Positions 29,337 to 38,949 of a DNA stretch of 64,000 nt are shown piece by piece (positions within the stretch are counted from its first letter, which is position 1; each line of letters starts with the position of its first letter). The notes under the pieces were generated by a model. It worked only from the letters and a program-made list of their open reading frames with translations, had not been told where the DNA came from and searched no databases. The stretch comes from Candidatus Woesebacteria bacterium (lineage in GTDB: Bacteria > Patescibacteriota > Microgenomatia > UBA1400 > MFAQ01). The stretch covers positions 331,825-395,824 of the forward strand of contig DAOORK010000001.1 in the NCBI GenBank assembly GCA_035389185.1. The letters run 5' to 3'. A program made the position numbers and the translations under genes.

Positions 29337-29900
29337 TTACATCGTTTCCGGTTTGACAAAATCAAAGGAGACTTTTGCCGGATCGATTCGGCATTCTTGA
29401 GTGTCTTCGGTAGCTACAAAGAATTTATCGGTGAAGTAATTGAGAGTGACAGGAGTTGTTGAGGGATTGATAAAGCCGTGGGCTAAGCCGGCAGGAATGT
29501 AAACAAGTTTTTCGGAAGATAGAACGATTTTCATCTGTTTGCCGTAGGTTGGAGAACCGGTACGAAAATCAATTAGACCGAGAAGGATAGTGCCGTTGGT
29601 CGTCCAGATCTCATTCTGGACTGGATGAATATGCCAAAACCGTTGGGTGTAGGGAGCAAGATAAGACATATTACCCTGAACCGGCTTGAACTCAATACCA
29701 AGTTCTTTGAGAGCAAGATTGTTACCTTTTTCGTCGAGTCTGAGGGTTTCTTTGAACCAACCGCCAAAATCATCAGCGAAGGTGTTTAGTTTAAGAATTT
29801 GAACGCCATCAATCATGTCAGCTTTTTCGTAAGTCTGGCAAAAAAGATTGCTGTCTTGAGGAAGAGTAATGTTTTGATATTTTATTGGTTTAAATCCCAT
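29337..29900 (-). CDS. rmlC: dTDP-4-dehydrorhamnose 3,5-epimerase
   Basis: DDFGGWFKE, WHIHPVQ, DFRTGSPTYG, IPAGLAHGF. Confidence 0.88.
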   Translation of the reverse strand: MGFKPIKYQNITLPQDSNLFCQTYEKADMIDGVQILKLNTFADDFGGWFKETLRLDEKGNNLALKELGIEFKPVQGNMSYLAPYTQRFWHIHPVQNEIWTTNGTILLGLIDFRTGSPTYGKQMKIVLSSEKLVYIPAGLAHGFINPSTTPVTLNYFTDKFFVATEDTQECRIDPAKVSFDFVKPETM

Positions 29901-29909
29901 TTTGTTTAA

Positions 29910-30908
29910 TTATTTTTTATAAATAGATTCCGATTTTTCTTTAAGAGGCTTCCACCATGCCTCATTTTCTTTATACCACTCGACTGTCTTCTGAAGCCAT
30001 GTGTCGAAGTCGTATTGGGGAGCCCAACCGAGGTCCTTATTAATCTTGGTCCAGTCGACGGCGTAACGGCGGTCGTGACCGGGACGGTCGGTGACAAATT
30101 CGATTTTTTCATCGGGATTCATGCCAAGAAGTGAGATAACCTTCTGAGCGATTTCAAGATTATTTATATCTTCGGTCATACCACCAACACAGTAGGTTGA
30201 ACCGGGTGCGGCGTTGTGAAATACCATATCAATAGCACGGCAATGATCGAGGACATGAAGCCAGTCACGAACATATTTTCCATCACCGTATACTTTGACC
30301 TTTTCACCTGTTAACAAATTGGTGATCATACGAGGCATAAACTTTTCAGGATCTTGGAATGGGCCAAAGTTATTACTGCAGTTAGTGATCGTTACAGGGA
30401 CCCCAAAAGTATCGAAATAAGACCTCACGAGATGGTCTGAAGCGGCTTTGGATGCTGAGTAAGGGCTGTGAGGTTCATAACGAGTTTCTTCGTTGAATTT
30501 ATCTTGGCTATCTAGCGGTAAAGCTCCAAAAACCTCGTCGGTTGAAACATGATGAAACTTTTTGATGCCGTATTTCTTGGCTGCCTCGAGAAGAATTTGG
30601 GTACCGATAATGTTGGTTTTGGTAAAAACAAGGGGATCAAGAATTGAACGGTCAACGTGAGACTCGGCGGCAAAATGGATAATAGCCTCTACTTGAGAGA
30701 CAACTTTGTCGACAGCTACAACATCGGTAATATCCCCTTTCACAAAAGTGTAATGAGGATTATTTTCAACACTTTTGAGAGATTCGAGGTGACCGGCATA
30801 GGTTAGGAGATCAAAGTTTATGATTTCATCTTCAGGATATTTTGCCAGCCAGTATTGGACAAAGTTGGATCCGATAAAACCTGCTCCTCCAGTGACGAGT
30901 ATCTTCAT
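29910..30908 (-). CDS. rmlB: dTDP-glucose 4,6-dehydratase
   Basis: TGGAGFIGSNF, FAAESHVDRSI, STDEVFG, YSASKA, DRPGHDRRYA. Confidence 0.97.
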   Translation of the reverse strand: MKILVTGGAGFIGSNFVQYWLAKYPEDEIINFDLLTYAGHLESLKSVENNPHYTFVKGDITDVVAVDKVVSQVEAIIHFAAESHVDRSILDPLVFTKTNIIGTQILLEAAKKYGIKKFHHVSTDEVFGALPLDSQDKFNEETRYEPHSPYSASKAASDHLVRSYFDTFGVPVTITNCSNNFGPFQDPEKFMPRMITNLLTGEKVKVYGDGKYVRDWLHVLDHCRAIDMVFHNAAPGSTYCVGGMTEDINNLEIAQKVISLLGMNPDEKIEFVTDRPGHDRRYAVDWTKINKDLGWAPQYDFDTWLQKTVEWYKENEAWWKPLKEKSESIYKK

Positions 30909-31991
30909 TTAGAATGTTATTTTACTTAATTCACCGACTAAGACTTCGACCTTGTTCTCAGAACGGGGGTTTTGAGATAGATGAGTACTGGGGCCGATGA
31001 TACTGTCATCGATGTTCTTCTTTATCTTATCAATAATAACGCCTTCCATCAGAACTGAGTCGGTAATGGTTGAGCCGATGACGGTACAGTTGTGATAAAT
31101 AGAGGTAAAAGGACCGATATTGGCGTCGTTGATGATACAGTTGTCACCAATATTGACCGGACCTTTGATAACAGTGTTTTTGATCTCACAGTTCTTGCCG
31201 ACAACGACACGACCGTGAATTTTGACGGTGTCGTCAAGCTTGGAATCGATATTGGTTTTGGTGTTGGCGTCCAAAAGGAACATATTGGCTTCCAACCAGT
31301 CATCAACTTTGCCCGGGTCAAGCCATTCGCCTTTGATTTCGAGAGTGTCGACGCGTTCACCATGGTCAATTAACCACTGAAAGGCTGCGGCAATCTCTAG
31401 TTCTCCTCTTTCCGAAGGTACTATTTTGTCTTTGCCTTTGAAACAATCAAAGATCATATTGTCGAAGAAGTAGACACCAGGGATGGCATAGTCGTGGGGA
31501 GGGTTGGCTGGCTTCTCAACATATTTGATCAATCTGCCTTTTTCATCAAAATAAGGGACACCCAAACGAGTGTTTTCGGGGTGATGGACAATACCGACCA
31601 AACCCTTGGGGCGATGAGTGTTGAAGTGATCGACTAAATTTTCTATTCCTCCATTAAAAATGTTATCTCCGAGGTGAAGAATGAAAGAATCTCCATCAAT
31701 GAAGTCTTCACAGACTTGAAAAATGTTGGCTAAACCTCCAACTGGATTTTCCTGAAGAACATAAGTAAATTTGGCTCCCCATTTTGAGCCATCTCCTAAA
31801 ACAGATTGAACTAACTCTAAACCTCCTGGGTTATAAGTAAAGGCAATTTCTTTTACTCCAGCCTCAAGAACAGCTTCGATGGGATAAAAGATAAGAGGTT
31901 TGTTCCCCACGGGAATCAAGTGCTTATTAGCAGAAAAAGTTAGAGGTCTCATTCTGGTGCCTCTTCCACCGGTTGGGATAATTGCTTTCAT
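30909..31991 (-). CDS. rmlA: Glucose-1-phosphate thymidylyltransferase (long form)
   Basis: GGRGTRMRPLT, LGDN, VEKP, PSERGELEI, C-terminal left-handed beta-helix. Confidence 0.9.
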   Translation of the reverse strand: MKAIIPTGGRGTRMRPLTFSANKHLIPVGNKPLIFYPIEAVLEAGVKEIAFTYNPGGLELVQSVLGDGSKWGAKFTYVLQENPVGGLANIFQVCEDFIDGDSFILHLGDNIFNGGIENLVDHFNTHRPKGLVGIVHHPENTRLGVPYFDEKGRLIKYVEKPANPPHDYAIPGVYFFDNMIFDCFKGKDKIVPSERGELEIAAAFQWLIDHGERVDTLEIKGEWLDPGKVDDWLEANMFLLDANTKTNIDSKLDDTVKIHGRVVVGKNCEIKNTVIKGPVNIGDNCIINDANIGPFTSIYHNCTVIGSTITDSVLMEGVIIDKIKKNIDDSIIGPSTHLSQNPRSENKVEVLVGELSKITF

Positions 31992-32022
31992 ATTCCGTTA
32001 TTATAACAATTGATAATAATGG

Positions 32023-32277
32023 TTACTTTAATAAACCTATAGTTATTATACACCCTAAAAGGGCAAATAGCACGTATTCTAAGACTATTCGTGCATGAAG
32101 TGACTTTTCTTTTGAGTGATGAATGATGGCCCATACTATATATAGTATGGAGTAGCCGATGATGGTAATTTCCTGGTAAAACTTATTTCCATTGAAGTAA
32201 AGAACTGCAATAATGGCAATTGAAGTAAGGATTGCAAGTAAAAGATAGTCTAGGATACTTCTGATCGGTTTTTTCAT
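32023..32277 (-). CDS. Small 3-TM hypothetical protein
   Basis: Hydrophobic ORF with WAIIHH..EK.L...IVLEY; ATGA overlap. Confidence 0.65.
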   Translation of the reverse strand: MKKPIRSILDYLLLAILTSIAIIAVLYFNGNKFYQEITIIGYSILYIVWAIIHHSKEKSLHARIVLEYVLFALLGCIITIGLLK

Positions 32278-33152
32278 AAGACAATTCCCTGACGGATAAT
32301 AAGAATGATGATGGCAATGCCGGCGAAGTAGGTTAGATGGGCCCAGTTTTTGCCAGAAATACGAATGATGTTGTAGCGAAGAACAAAGAGCCAGTCAAGA
32401 CTGAGAGCAAAGAGAATCAGAATCACAAAGGCCAAAGACCAGGCACGAGAAAGATCCAAAGGAGACAAAACAGACTGTTCGGTGATTGAAGCCGTTTGTA
32501 GCGTGGTATCTGCGATGGTTTGAGTGGTGACAGTATCTTCGGCATAGGCAGTATTAGTTATTTTGGACGAGGCAATTTGGGAGACTGAAGTTTGGGTTGA
32601 ACCAAACATTTGAACTACAAGAGTGGTTTCGACTCCATTAATGGTCCCGTCGACAACGGCAACGCCAATATCTTGGTAACGACCATCAAGAAGATTTTGC
32701 TTGTGGGTTGGCGAAGCCATCCAAGCCCTGACAACATCGGTAGGATTACTAAAATCACGAGCCAGATTTTCCCCGGCGTGTTGGTAACTATAGCCTGAGC
32801 TGTTGATAAAGTACCATGGCTCTGTACCTGTAGGTGAGATGTGAGCCCAGTAATCATGCTCAAACATATCCATGGCTTTGGCGAGGGCGGCTTGGTCCAG
32901 CTGGGCATTTTCTTTTAGGATAGAAAGTCCTGCATTAAGACGTTCGCTATTGGTCAGCTCGATGATTTTGTCCGGATCGATTTGAGAAGCGTAGCCTAAA
33001 ACTCCAGGTTGTAACCCGACAGTAATGTCGATGATAGAACGGCCCATGATAAAAAGACCGATCAAAACAACAATTGATTTTGGCCAAAGAACTTTGGCTT
33101 TATGGTTGTTGTGAGGATGAGGTGCGAAAAGGCTTATGAAGGCGTTGGCCAT
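32274..33152 (-). CDS. CAP (SCP) domain membrane protein
   Basis: LTNSER...L..NAQLDQAA..KA.DM...YWAH, AGENLA, WMASPTH.NLL, IGVAV. Confidence 0.9.
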   Translation of the reverse strand: MANAFISLFAPHPHNNHKAKVLWPKSIVVLIGLFIMGRSIIDITVGLQPGVLGYASQIDPDKIIELTNSERLNAGLSILKENAQLDQAALAKAMDMFEHDYWAHISPTGTEPWYFINSSGYSYQHAGENLARDFSNPTDVVRAWMASPTHKQNLLDGRYQDIGVAVVDGTINGVETTLVVQMFGSTQTSVSQIASSKITNTAYAEDTVTTQTIADTTLQTASITEQSVLSPLDLSRAWSLAFVILILFALSLDWLFVLRYNIIRISGKNWAHLTYFAGIAIIILIIRQGIVL

Positions 33153-33186
33153 AACTCATTTCATTATAAGAGCTTGCTCGCCTTCT

Positions 33187-33762
33187 TTACAATAACCCTG
33201 TTGCGGTGATAACCAAACGCTTGATATCCGTGCCGGGAGGATAACAGGTCATAAGAGTAAGAGTTTTCCCCTGTTTGCTGTTTGCCAAAGACGAGAGATT
33301 CTGAGGGTCAACAATCTCTTTTTTGACGGTCTGGTAGGTATATTTCTGGCCGTGGTAATAAAGAATTACTTCGTCTCCCATTTCGAGCTTGGTGAGCAGA
33401 TAAAAGATGGAGTTGTAACGAGTAGCCAAAAAGAAATCCTCTGATGAGTGAGAAAAAATAAACACATTCCCCTCTTCATCGGGAAGGGCTGAACCTTGCG
33501 CATGGGCAACTCCTTGGGTAAGAGCTTTTTGATAGACTTGAGCGTTGAAGGGATCAACATTGGCAATGACTTTAGCATTGATACCCAACTTGGGAATAAT
33601 AATGCCAAAGTCGGTACTTAGGGGTAGGATTTCTTTTGTCTCAGGTGGTTTGGTCTGGTGGAGTTGATAGATAACCTCGTTTTGGGCAATAGGGAAAAAA
33701 GTCATCACAACAACGGAAATAGCACCCAATACCAATAAAAAACCAAGTATTTTTTTTATCAC
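33187..33762 (-). CDS. Sortase (class D/E-like)
   Basis: N-terminal TM, IIIPKLGINA, FSHSS (His), F..L..L..GD, LTLMTC (Cys), KRLVI (Arg). Confidence 0.92.
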   Translation of the reverse strand: MIKKILGFLLVLGAISVVVMTFFPIAQNEVIYQLHQTKPPETKEILPLSTDFGIIIPKLGINAKVIANVDPFNAQVYQKALTQGVAHAQGSALPDEEGNVFIFSHSSEDFFLATRYNSIFYLLTKLEMGDEVILYYHGQKYTYQTVKKEIVDPQNLSSLANSKQGKTLTLMTCYPPGTDIKRLVITATGLL

Positions 33763-33769
33763 AAGACTA

Positions 33770-34699
33770 TTATGAACGTTTTCTGGCTTTTCTGAAGAAA
33801 TAGGCCGAAAGAAGAAGCAGAGGAATGGCTAGCCATTTTAGATTCTTCAATTTATCGGTGCTGATACCGAGGACTGCAGAAGATGAAGCGGACTGAGATT
33901 CGCTGGGGGAAACTGAAACATTAGCTGTCGGTTCTTCTGCTGTGCTGACACCAGCGGCTACTTGAGATCCTGATGTGACAGGAATGGCTGTCTGAGAATT
34001 AATTGTCGTGGTAGTTCCGGTAGTAATTACTGTGGTGAAACTGTCGCCGACAATTCCGGAAACGTTTCCATAGTTATCAACAGCTCTTATCGCGTAAAAG
34101 TACTCTTTACCGCAAGTGGGAATACTGTTAGTGATTTCACCGGTTGTGTCTGGAACAATTGACTGGGAAGAAATAAAATGATCCGAATTAATACTGATGG
34201 AATTTGTGTCAGACCTATAAAGCTCAATTTTAGTTGTTCTTCCGTCGTTGGCTGTTTTGAATTTTATTTTGTAATCACAGTCATTAATTTTTTCTTTCGA
34301 GTAGGAAACAGGAGCACTTGGACCGGAGGTATTAAAATCAATGGAGACAATATTACTTTCTTTGACGCCATTGGCAACCACCTTAAAAGAATAAGCACCG
34401 ATTGTATTTAAAATGGTGTTATCGACGCTGCAGTAGTCGGTATTTCCACCAGGAATCAAGGAAATATCTTGGAACTTAACATAGTCACTGTCTGAAGGAG
34501 ACTTTTTGAAACAACTGACGGCGATATTGTCTGTTCCGCCAATTTCGAGAGCCACAAAAGTAAGCTTTAAATTACTTTGATTGGTAGGTGTCTTGGGCTG
34601 ACCCAATCTAACCGTAAGTGCGTTGGCTGCTTGGGAAGTGATCGGGAAACTCAAAGCGATAGCGCAGAAACTAGCGAGAACAAATATTTTTAATTTCAT
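33770..34699 (-). CDS. Secreted Ig/Fn3-like surface protein with S/T-rich stalk, VLG motif and C-terminal TM anchor
   Basis: Signal peptide, YFYAIRAVDNYGNVS (Fn3-like strand), SAVLGIST, TM followed by RKARKRS. Confidence 0.7.
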   Translation of the reverse strand: MKLKIFVLASFCAIALSFPITSQAANALTVRLGQPKTPTNQSNLKLTFVALEIGGTDNIAVSCFKKSPSDSDYVKFQDISLIPGGNTDYCSVDNTILNTIGAYSFKVVANGVKESNIVSIDFNTSGPSAPVSYSKEKINDCDYKIKFKTANDGRTTKIELYRSDTNSISINSDHFISSQSIVPDTTGEITNSIPTCGKEYFYAIRAVDNYGNVSGIVGDSFTTVITTGTTTTINSQTAIPVTSGSQVAAGVSTAEEPTANVSVSPSESQSASSSAVLGISTDKLKNLKWLAIPLLLLSAYFFRKARKRS

Positions 34700-37600
34700 T
34701 TACTTTTGGATGATCTTAGTAATTTAATACCCATCGTGAGACCAATCATGGCGAGAATTATCCAGTAAGTGGAAGCACCTGTAGCGGGTAGAGTTGTCGT
34801 TGCGCCGAGGACTTCTCCAATTTTAGTTTCTTTCTTTTCAACGTCGTAGGTATCATCTTTTGTCTGCGATTTGACGACGTTGACTTCTGTACCAACGAAG
34901 TTTTCGGCAATGAATTTTGAATCAACACCTGAAGCATAGATGTCTTCATTAGCAACGGCCCAAGCAAGGTCGGTATAAAGACCAGGGTCTTGGGATGAAC
35001 TGATGTCGGCGGTATAGGTAAGAATTACATCAGCGCCTTCCGGGACATCACCAAGGCTCCAAGTTCCTGGTGAGTGATATGTTGGTTCAGAAATAGTGAC
35101 TGGAAGACCATTTACTGTGGCATGATATGAACCTATACGGTAGACAAAGCCTGAAGGCAATAAATCTTCGACTGTCAAACTATTGGCTTGGGCAGACGAG
35201 ACGTGGAGTTTGATAATGAAGTTTACAGAACTACCAGGAGTTTTGTCAGTTGAGGCATCGTTGGACTTACTAATAGTGAGTGTGGGGTTGTATTCACACG
35301 CTTCTTCATCACTGTAGGTAGTTGATGTCACCTCTTCATAATTATTGGCTGTTTCATCAGTACACACCGGAGTTTTGTCGTGACACTCGTTGTCGTTGCC
35401 AAGGTACTGTATCTCTGTACAATCTGGGGTAGGTTCAACACAGTGATTATTTAGAGTCGGTTGATCACCGTAGGCAGAGATTGCATCACCATTTTTGGCA
35501 GTGAAAGCCGGCCAGATGTCGTCCGAGTGACCGCCATGGCCACTAAGCCAATCTATGGCTGAAGCGACTGAGTTTATGGAAACGTCCTGTTCATTGTAGT
35601 CGTGACTGGAGTTTTCACTGGTGGCATGACAGATTGTGACTTTGCTTTCAGTTTGACAACTTGAATCACAGCCGTCGCCATCAATTACGTTTCCGTCGTC
35701 ACAGTATTCCTCTGATTGAATATAGCCGTCGCCAGATGAAGCAATTTCGCAGGCATTTGTACATGAATCAGTGTTTACAGTATTACCGTCATCACATGAC
35801 TCATCACCTTGAGCAAAACCATCACCACAGACTATGGCGTCACAAGCATTGCCGATACCATCGCCATCATCGTCTTGCTGGTTTGAGTTGGCAACGCTGG
35901 CACAGTTGTCACAAACATTGCCTAACATATCGTTGTCGGAATCACTCTGATCTGGATTGGCGGTTGAACGACAGTTATCACACACATCGCCGATACCGTC
36001 AGAATCAGAGTCTGATTGATCTGAGTTGGCAACGCTGGCACAGTTGTCATCACTGTCACAGATACCATCCTCATCGCGATCATTACAAGGAGGAGTGTAA
36101 GTATTGGTGAAAGTACAAACAACCGATTCGTTGGCCTTGAGAACAATGGAGATATTGGGGGAAGCGTTTTTATTCCAACTGGAACTGGAGTTTGCTCCAG
36201 TACAGGAGACACCGGTGAGAGCCCAACCAGAAGCAGGGGCGTCTTCAGTGAAGGTATAAGTACCTGTAGCTATATCACTGAATGTTTGTGAACCGGTATT
36301 GCTTGAAGTTGTGATCGTAAAAGGGGAGATACCGCCGGTTGCGGTAATTCCGAAAGAACCATCGGAATCGACAGTGTTTTTAATTATTTTTATTGAACCT
36401 TTTGGAGATGAAATGGTAATGGTATCTGAACAAGTATTATTTGATTCGTCTCCTTCGATTATGTTGTTTCCTGAATCAACGTTACAGACGCCGCCGGTTT
36501 TGGGGTTTGTATACATGCCTGAGGCGGTAGCTGTGACATTGAAAGATACCGTGAGATAACTCGATGGATTGAAGACCACATGTTTGTCGTTTTTGACCTT
36601 ACAGGTAAGGACTTTTGAACTAATGGAGCAAATCAAATCATTTTCGTGATCGATGTTGTTGTGGACAGAAATATATGGTGTTCCATATGTGAGACCACTG
36701 ATTGGTAGTTCATCGGTAATAACGACTTCATTCTCGTTAAAACGGGCGTCTGCTGATCCAATATTAGTTACTTTTAGACTCCAGATAAAGGTTTGATTAA
36801 TAGAACCTGTTGAACTTACTAGATTATTTGTTTTTTCAATCTTTAGGTCGCTTGGAGCTTTGCATCCGTTTGCCAAGAAAGCCTGATTGTAAGTTGTGTC
36901 GTAATTTTTACCAGGATATGAACAAGAACCATAAGTGTAGCTTGGAATAATGTCATCATCATGAGTTCCATGACCATTGACACTTTCACATTTTGAAATC
37001 GAGTTAATACTTACTGGGTTTTCTGTATATTTTCCACCTTGCCCTTCGTCCCAGTGGCAGATAGTGATATTTGTATTGGGAATTGATGGAGTATCAGTAA
37101 AAGTAGTGGAGGCAACAGTGGTATCTGTGGAATCAGTAACAACGATAGCATAGTCTGGGCGGTATTCTCCAAGAAGAGGAAGGAAGTACATGAATGAACC
37201 AGCTTCGTCAGTAACCACATTTTCGGCATTGGAATAGTTATCGGTTTCGGAAGTTACTGTGGAAGTGTAAGGGGTGTTGGCAAGAAAAAACATACCGGCT
37301 ATCTGAACCGTGTCGGTCGGAGCATAGTCGGCTTTGTCTGTGGTGACAGTTGGCTCGTTGGATGTATTTTCTGCGGGAGGAGAGTTGTTTTTAACTTCTT
37401 CCGGAGTTGGTTCTACTGTTGGGGTAGCTTCGGGGGTTATCTCGGGAGTAATTTCCGGAGTTATCTCAGGTGTTACTTCGGGAGTTGGAGAAACCTCGGG
37501 AGTTGGATCAATTGTAGGAGTAGCTTCCGGAGTTATTTCCGGAGTTGGTTCTACTGTTGGGGTAGCTTCGGGGGGTTATCTCGGGAGTAATTTCCGGAGT

Positions 37601-37765
37601 TATCTCAGGTGTCACTTCGGGAGTTGGAGAAACCTCAACTACAGCCGCAGGTGTGGCGTCTTCGGCATACACCGGTAGTGCAACAAAAAATGGGGTAAAA
37701 GATTGAAAGAGAAGACTAAAAGAAGAAATAAACGAAAATATTTTCCTTACTTTATGGTGCTTCAT
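34696..37765 (-). CDS. Large LPxTG-anchored adhesin-like protein (PT repeats, DUF11-like, TSP3-type Ca repeats, Myxococcus Cys-rich repeats), +1 frameshift at G6 37570-37575
   Basis: Signal-peptide ORF 37508-37765 joins the 34696-37293 frame if one G is removed (1022 aa). DSDSDGIGDVCDNC, CGDG..Q.DE.CDDGN, GEVLGATTTLPATG followed by TM and basic tail. Confidence 0.85.
37399..37636. repeat. Intragenic direct repeat (37399-37497 and 37537-37636) encoding PTPE/ITPE units
   Basis: 99 vs 100 bp copies differing by one substitution and one extra G. Confidence 0.9.
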
Positions 37766-37817
37766 TTGTTTTTTGGCATTAATACCTATTCAGCTTATAT
37801 TAAGCTATCTGAGGCGT

Positions 37818-37845
37818 ATTGTACTGTTTAATACAGTTTTGTCAA
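37818..37845 (-). promoter_or_regulatory. Sigma70 promoter TTGACA-16-TACAAT with ACTGT-N5-ACAGT inverted repeat in the spacer
   Basis: tgtcaa 37840-37845, attgta 37818-37823, palindrome 37823-37837. Confidence 0.6.
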
Positions 37846-38165
37846 CAGGGTCTTTTTGTGATAGATGGAGGTGAAGAATAGATGGGTTCGACAGGGGTGG
37901 CAGAACCGTTTACATCGATATCCAGAGCGAGACTTAAAGCATTTGCTATTGAGACACCGACACGAGTACCGGTAAAAGATCCGGGGCCAGGATTGACTTC
38001 AATATCGGTGATGTCTTCCGGCTTTTTGTTTTCTTTTTCGAGACAACCGACCAGAAAACCAAAAACGTCTTGATCTCGTGGTGAGTCGACTTTTCTCACG
38101 TACTCTCGATCGTTTATACGGATAATTGTTTGAGTATTTTGGGTTGAGTCAATATAGAGTTTCAT
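37842..38165 (-). CDS. tsaB: Minimal TsaB (t6A biosynthesis), N-terminal lobe only
   Basis: LYIDST, VNPGPGSFTGTRVGVSIANAL; adjacent to tsaE. Confidence 0.85.
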   Translation of the reverse strand: MKLYIDSTQNTQTIIRINDREYVRKVDSPRDQDVFGFLVGCLEKENKKPEDITDIEVNPGPGSFTGTRVGVSIANALSLALDIDVNGSATPVEPIYSSPPSITKRPC

Positions 38166-38599
38166 TTGTGTTCGATGATTTTTATCACTCTTTCATTTTC
38201 GCCGTTGGCTTTGAAAAAGATGTCGAAACGTTTTTGGGGAAGAATATCGGCCAGCTTTTCCGGCCACTCAATGATCAGAATGTTTGATGGATCTGACCAA
38301 ATTTCTTCGATATCAAAGGCTCTGATTTCTTCTACAGAGTTTAGACGATACAGATCGAGATGGTAGAAGGTCTTTATTGTCGGATGATTAGCAACAGGGT
38401 ATTGGCGCATGATGATGAAAGTAGGAGATACGACCCTATCGATACCAAAATACTTTCCGATTCCTTGTGAAAAAGTGGTTTTGCCGGCAGCCAAGTCACC
38501 ATAAAGACAGATGGTTGTTCCCCTTTCCAAAATCGAGGCGATTTTTTCAGCTATTTCTCTTGTTTCTTCGTAAGAAGTGGAGATGTAAGTCTCTTCCAT
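38162..38599 (-). CDS. tsaE: t6A biosynthesis ATPase TsaE
   Basis: LYGDLAAGKTTF, SPTF, HLDLYRL, IIEWPE. Confidence 0.95.
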   Translation of the reverse strand: MEETYISTSYEETREIAEKIASILERGTTICLYGDLAAGKTTFSQGIGKYFGIDRVVSPTFIIMRQYPVANHPTIKTFYHLDLYRLNSVEEIRAFDIEEIWSDPSNILIIEWPEKLADILPQKRFDIFFKANGENERVIKIIEHK

Positions 38600-38940
38600 A
38601 GTTTGAATTTTACAATTAAATAAGAAAGAAAAATCATACCGAGGGAGTCGATGGCCACATCACGAAGAAGACCGGTGCGTCCGGGAACAAATAGTTGATG
38701 AGCTTCATCTGTAAAGGCATAGGCCAAGGAAAGCATAAAAGCATAGGCTGGGGATTTTTTGTCTAAAGCACGATACCAAAGTAAGAATAAAATCGAGTAC
38801 TCAAGAACATGAGCTGTTTTTTTGATAAGAAAATCTAGAACATAGACCTCGTTTGAAGGAAGGTCGGGAAAAGAAGAGATAATAAAGATTGCAGCCATCC
38901 ATAGGAGAGCAGGGATAAATTTTGAGATTTTTTGGAGCAT
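38551..38940 (-). CDS. VanZ family protein
   Basis: KKTAHVLEYSIL, YAFTDEAHQLFVPGRTG..RDVAID. Confidence 0.9.
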   Translation of the reverse strand: MLQKISKFIPALLWMAAIFIISSFPDLPSNEVYVLDFLIKKTAHVLEYSILFLLWYRALDKKSPAYAFMLSLAYAFTDEAHQLFVPGRTGLLRDVAIDSLGMIFLSYLIVKFKLWKRLTSPLLTKKQEK

Positions 38941-38949
38941 TAGGATATT

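Noticed and set aside
37399-37636. Template/variable repeat pair of a diversity-generating retroelement
   Set aside because: Only one substitution and one indel, both copies lie inside the same low-complexity stalk, and there is no reverse transcriptase in the window
37334-37678. Repeats and the + strand ORF (GVISGVISG) as a CRISPR array or separate gene
   Set aside because: The repeats are codon-periodic, have no unique spacers and encode the PT stalk on the minus strand; no cas genes in the window
37823-37837. Gammaproteobacterial LexA box
   Set aside because: Spacing is CTGT-N5-ACAG, not N8
38551-38940. VanZ as a glycopeptide-resistance locus
   Set aside because: No vanHAX/RS; standalone VanZ-family genes are widespread
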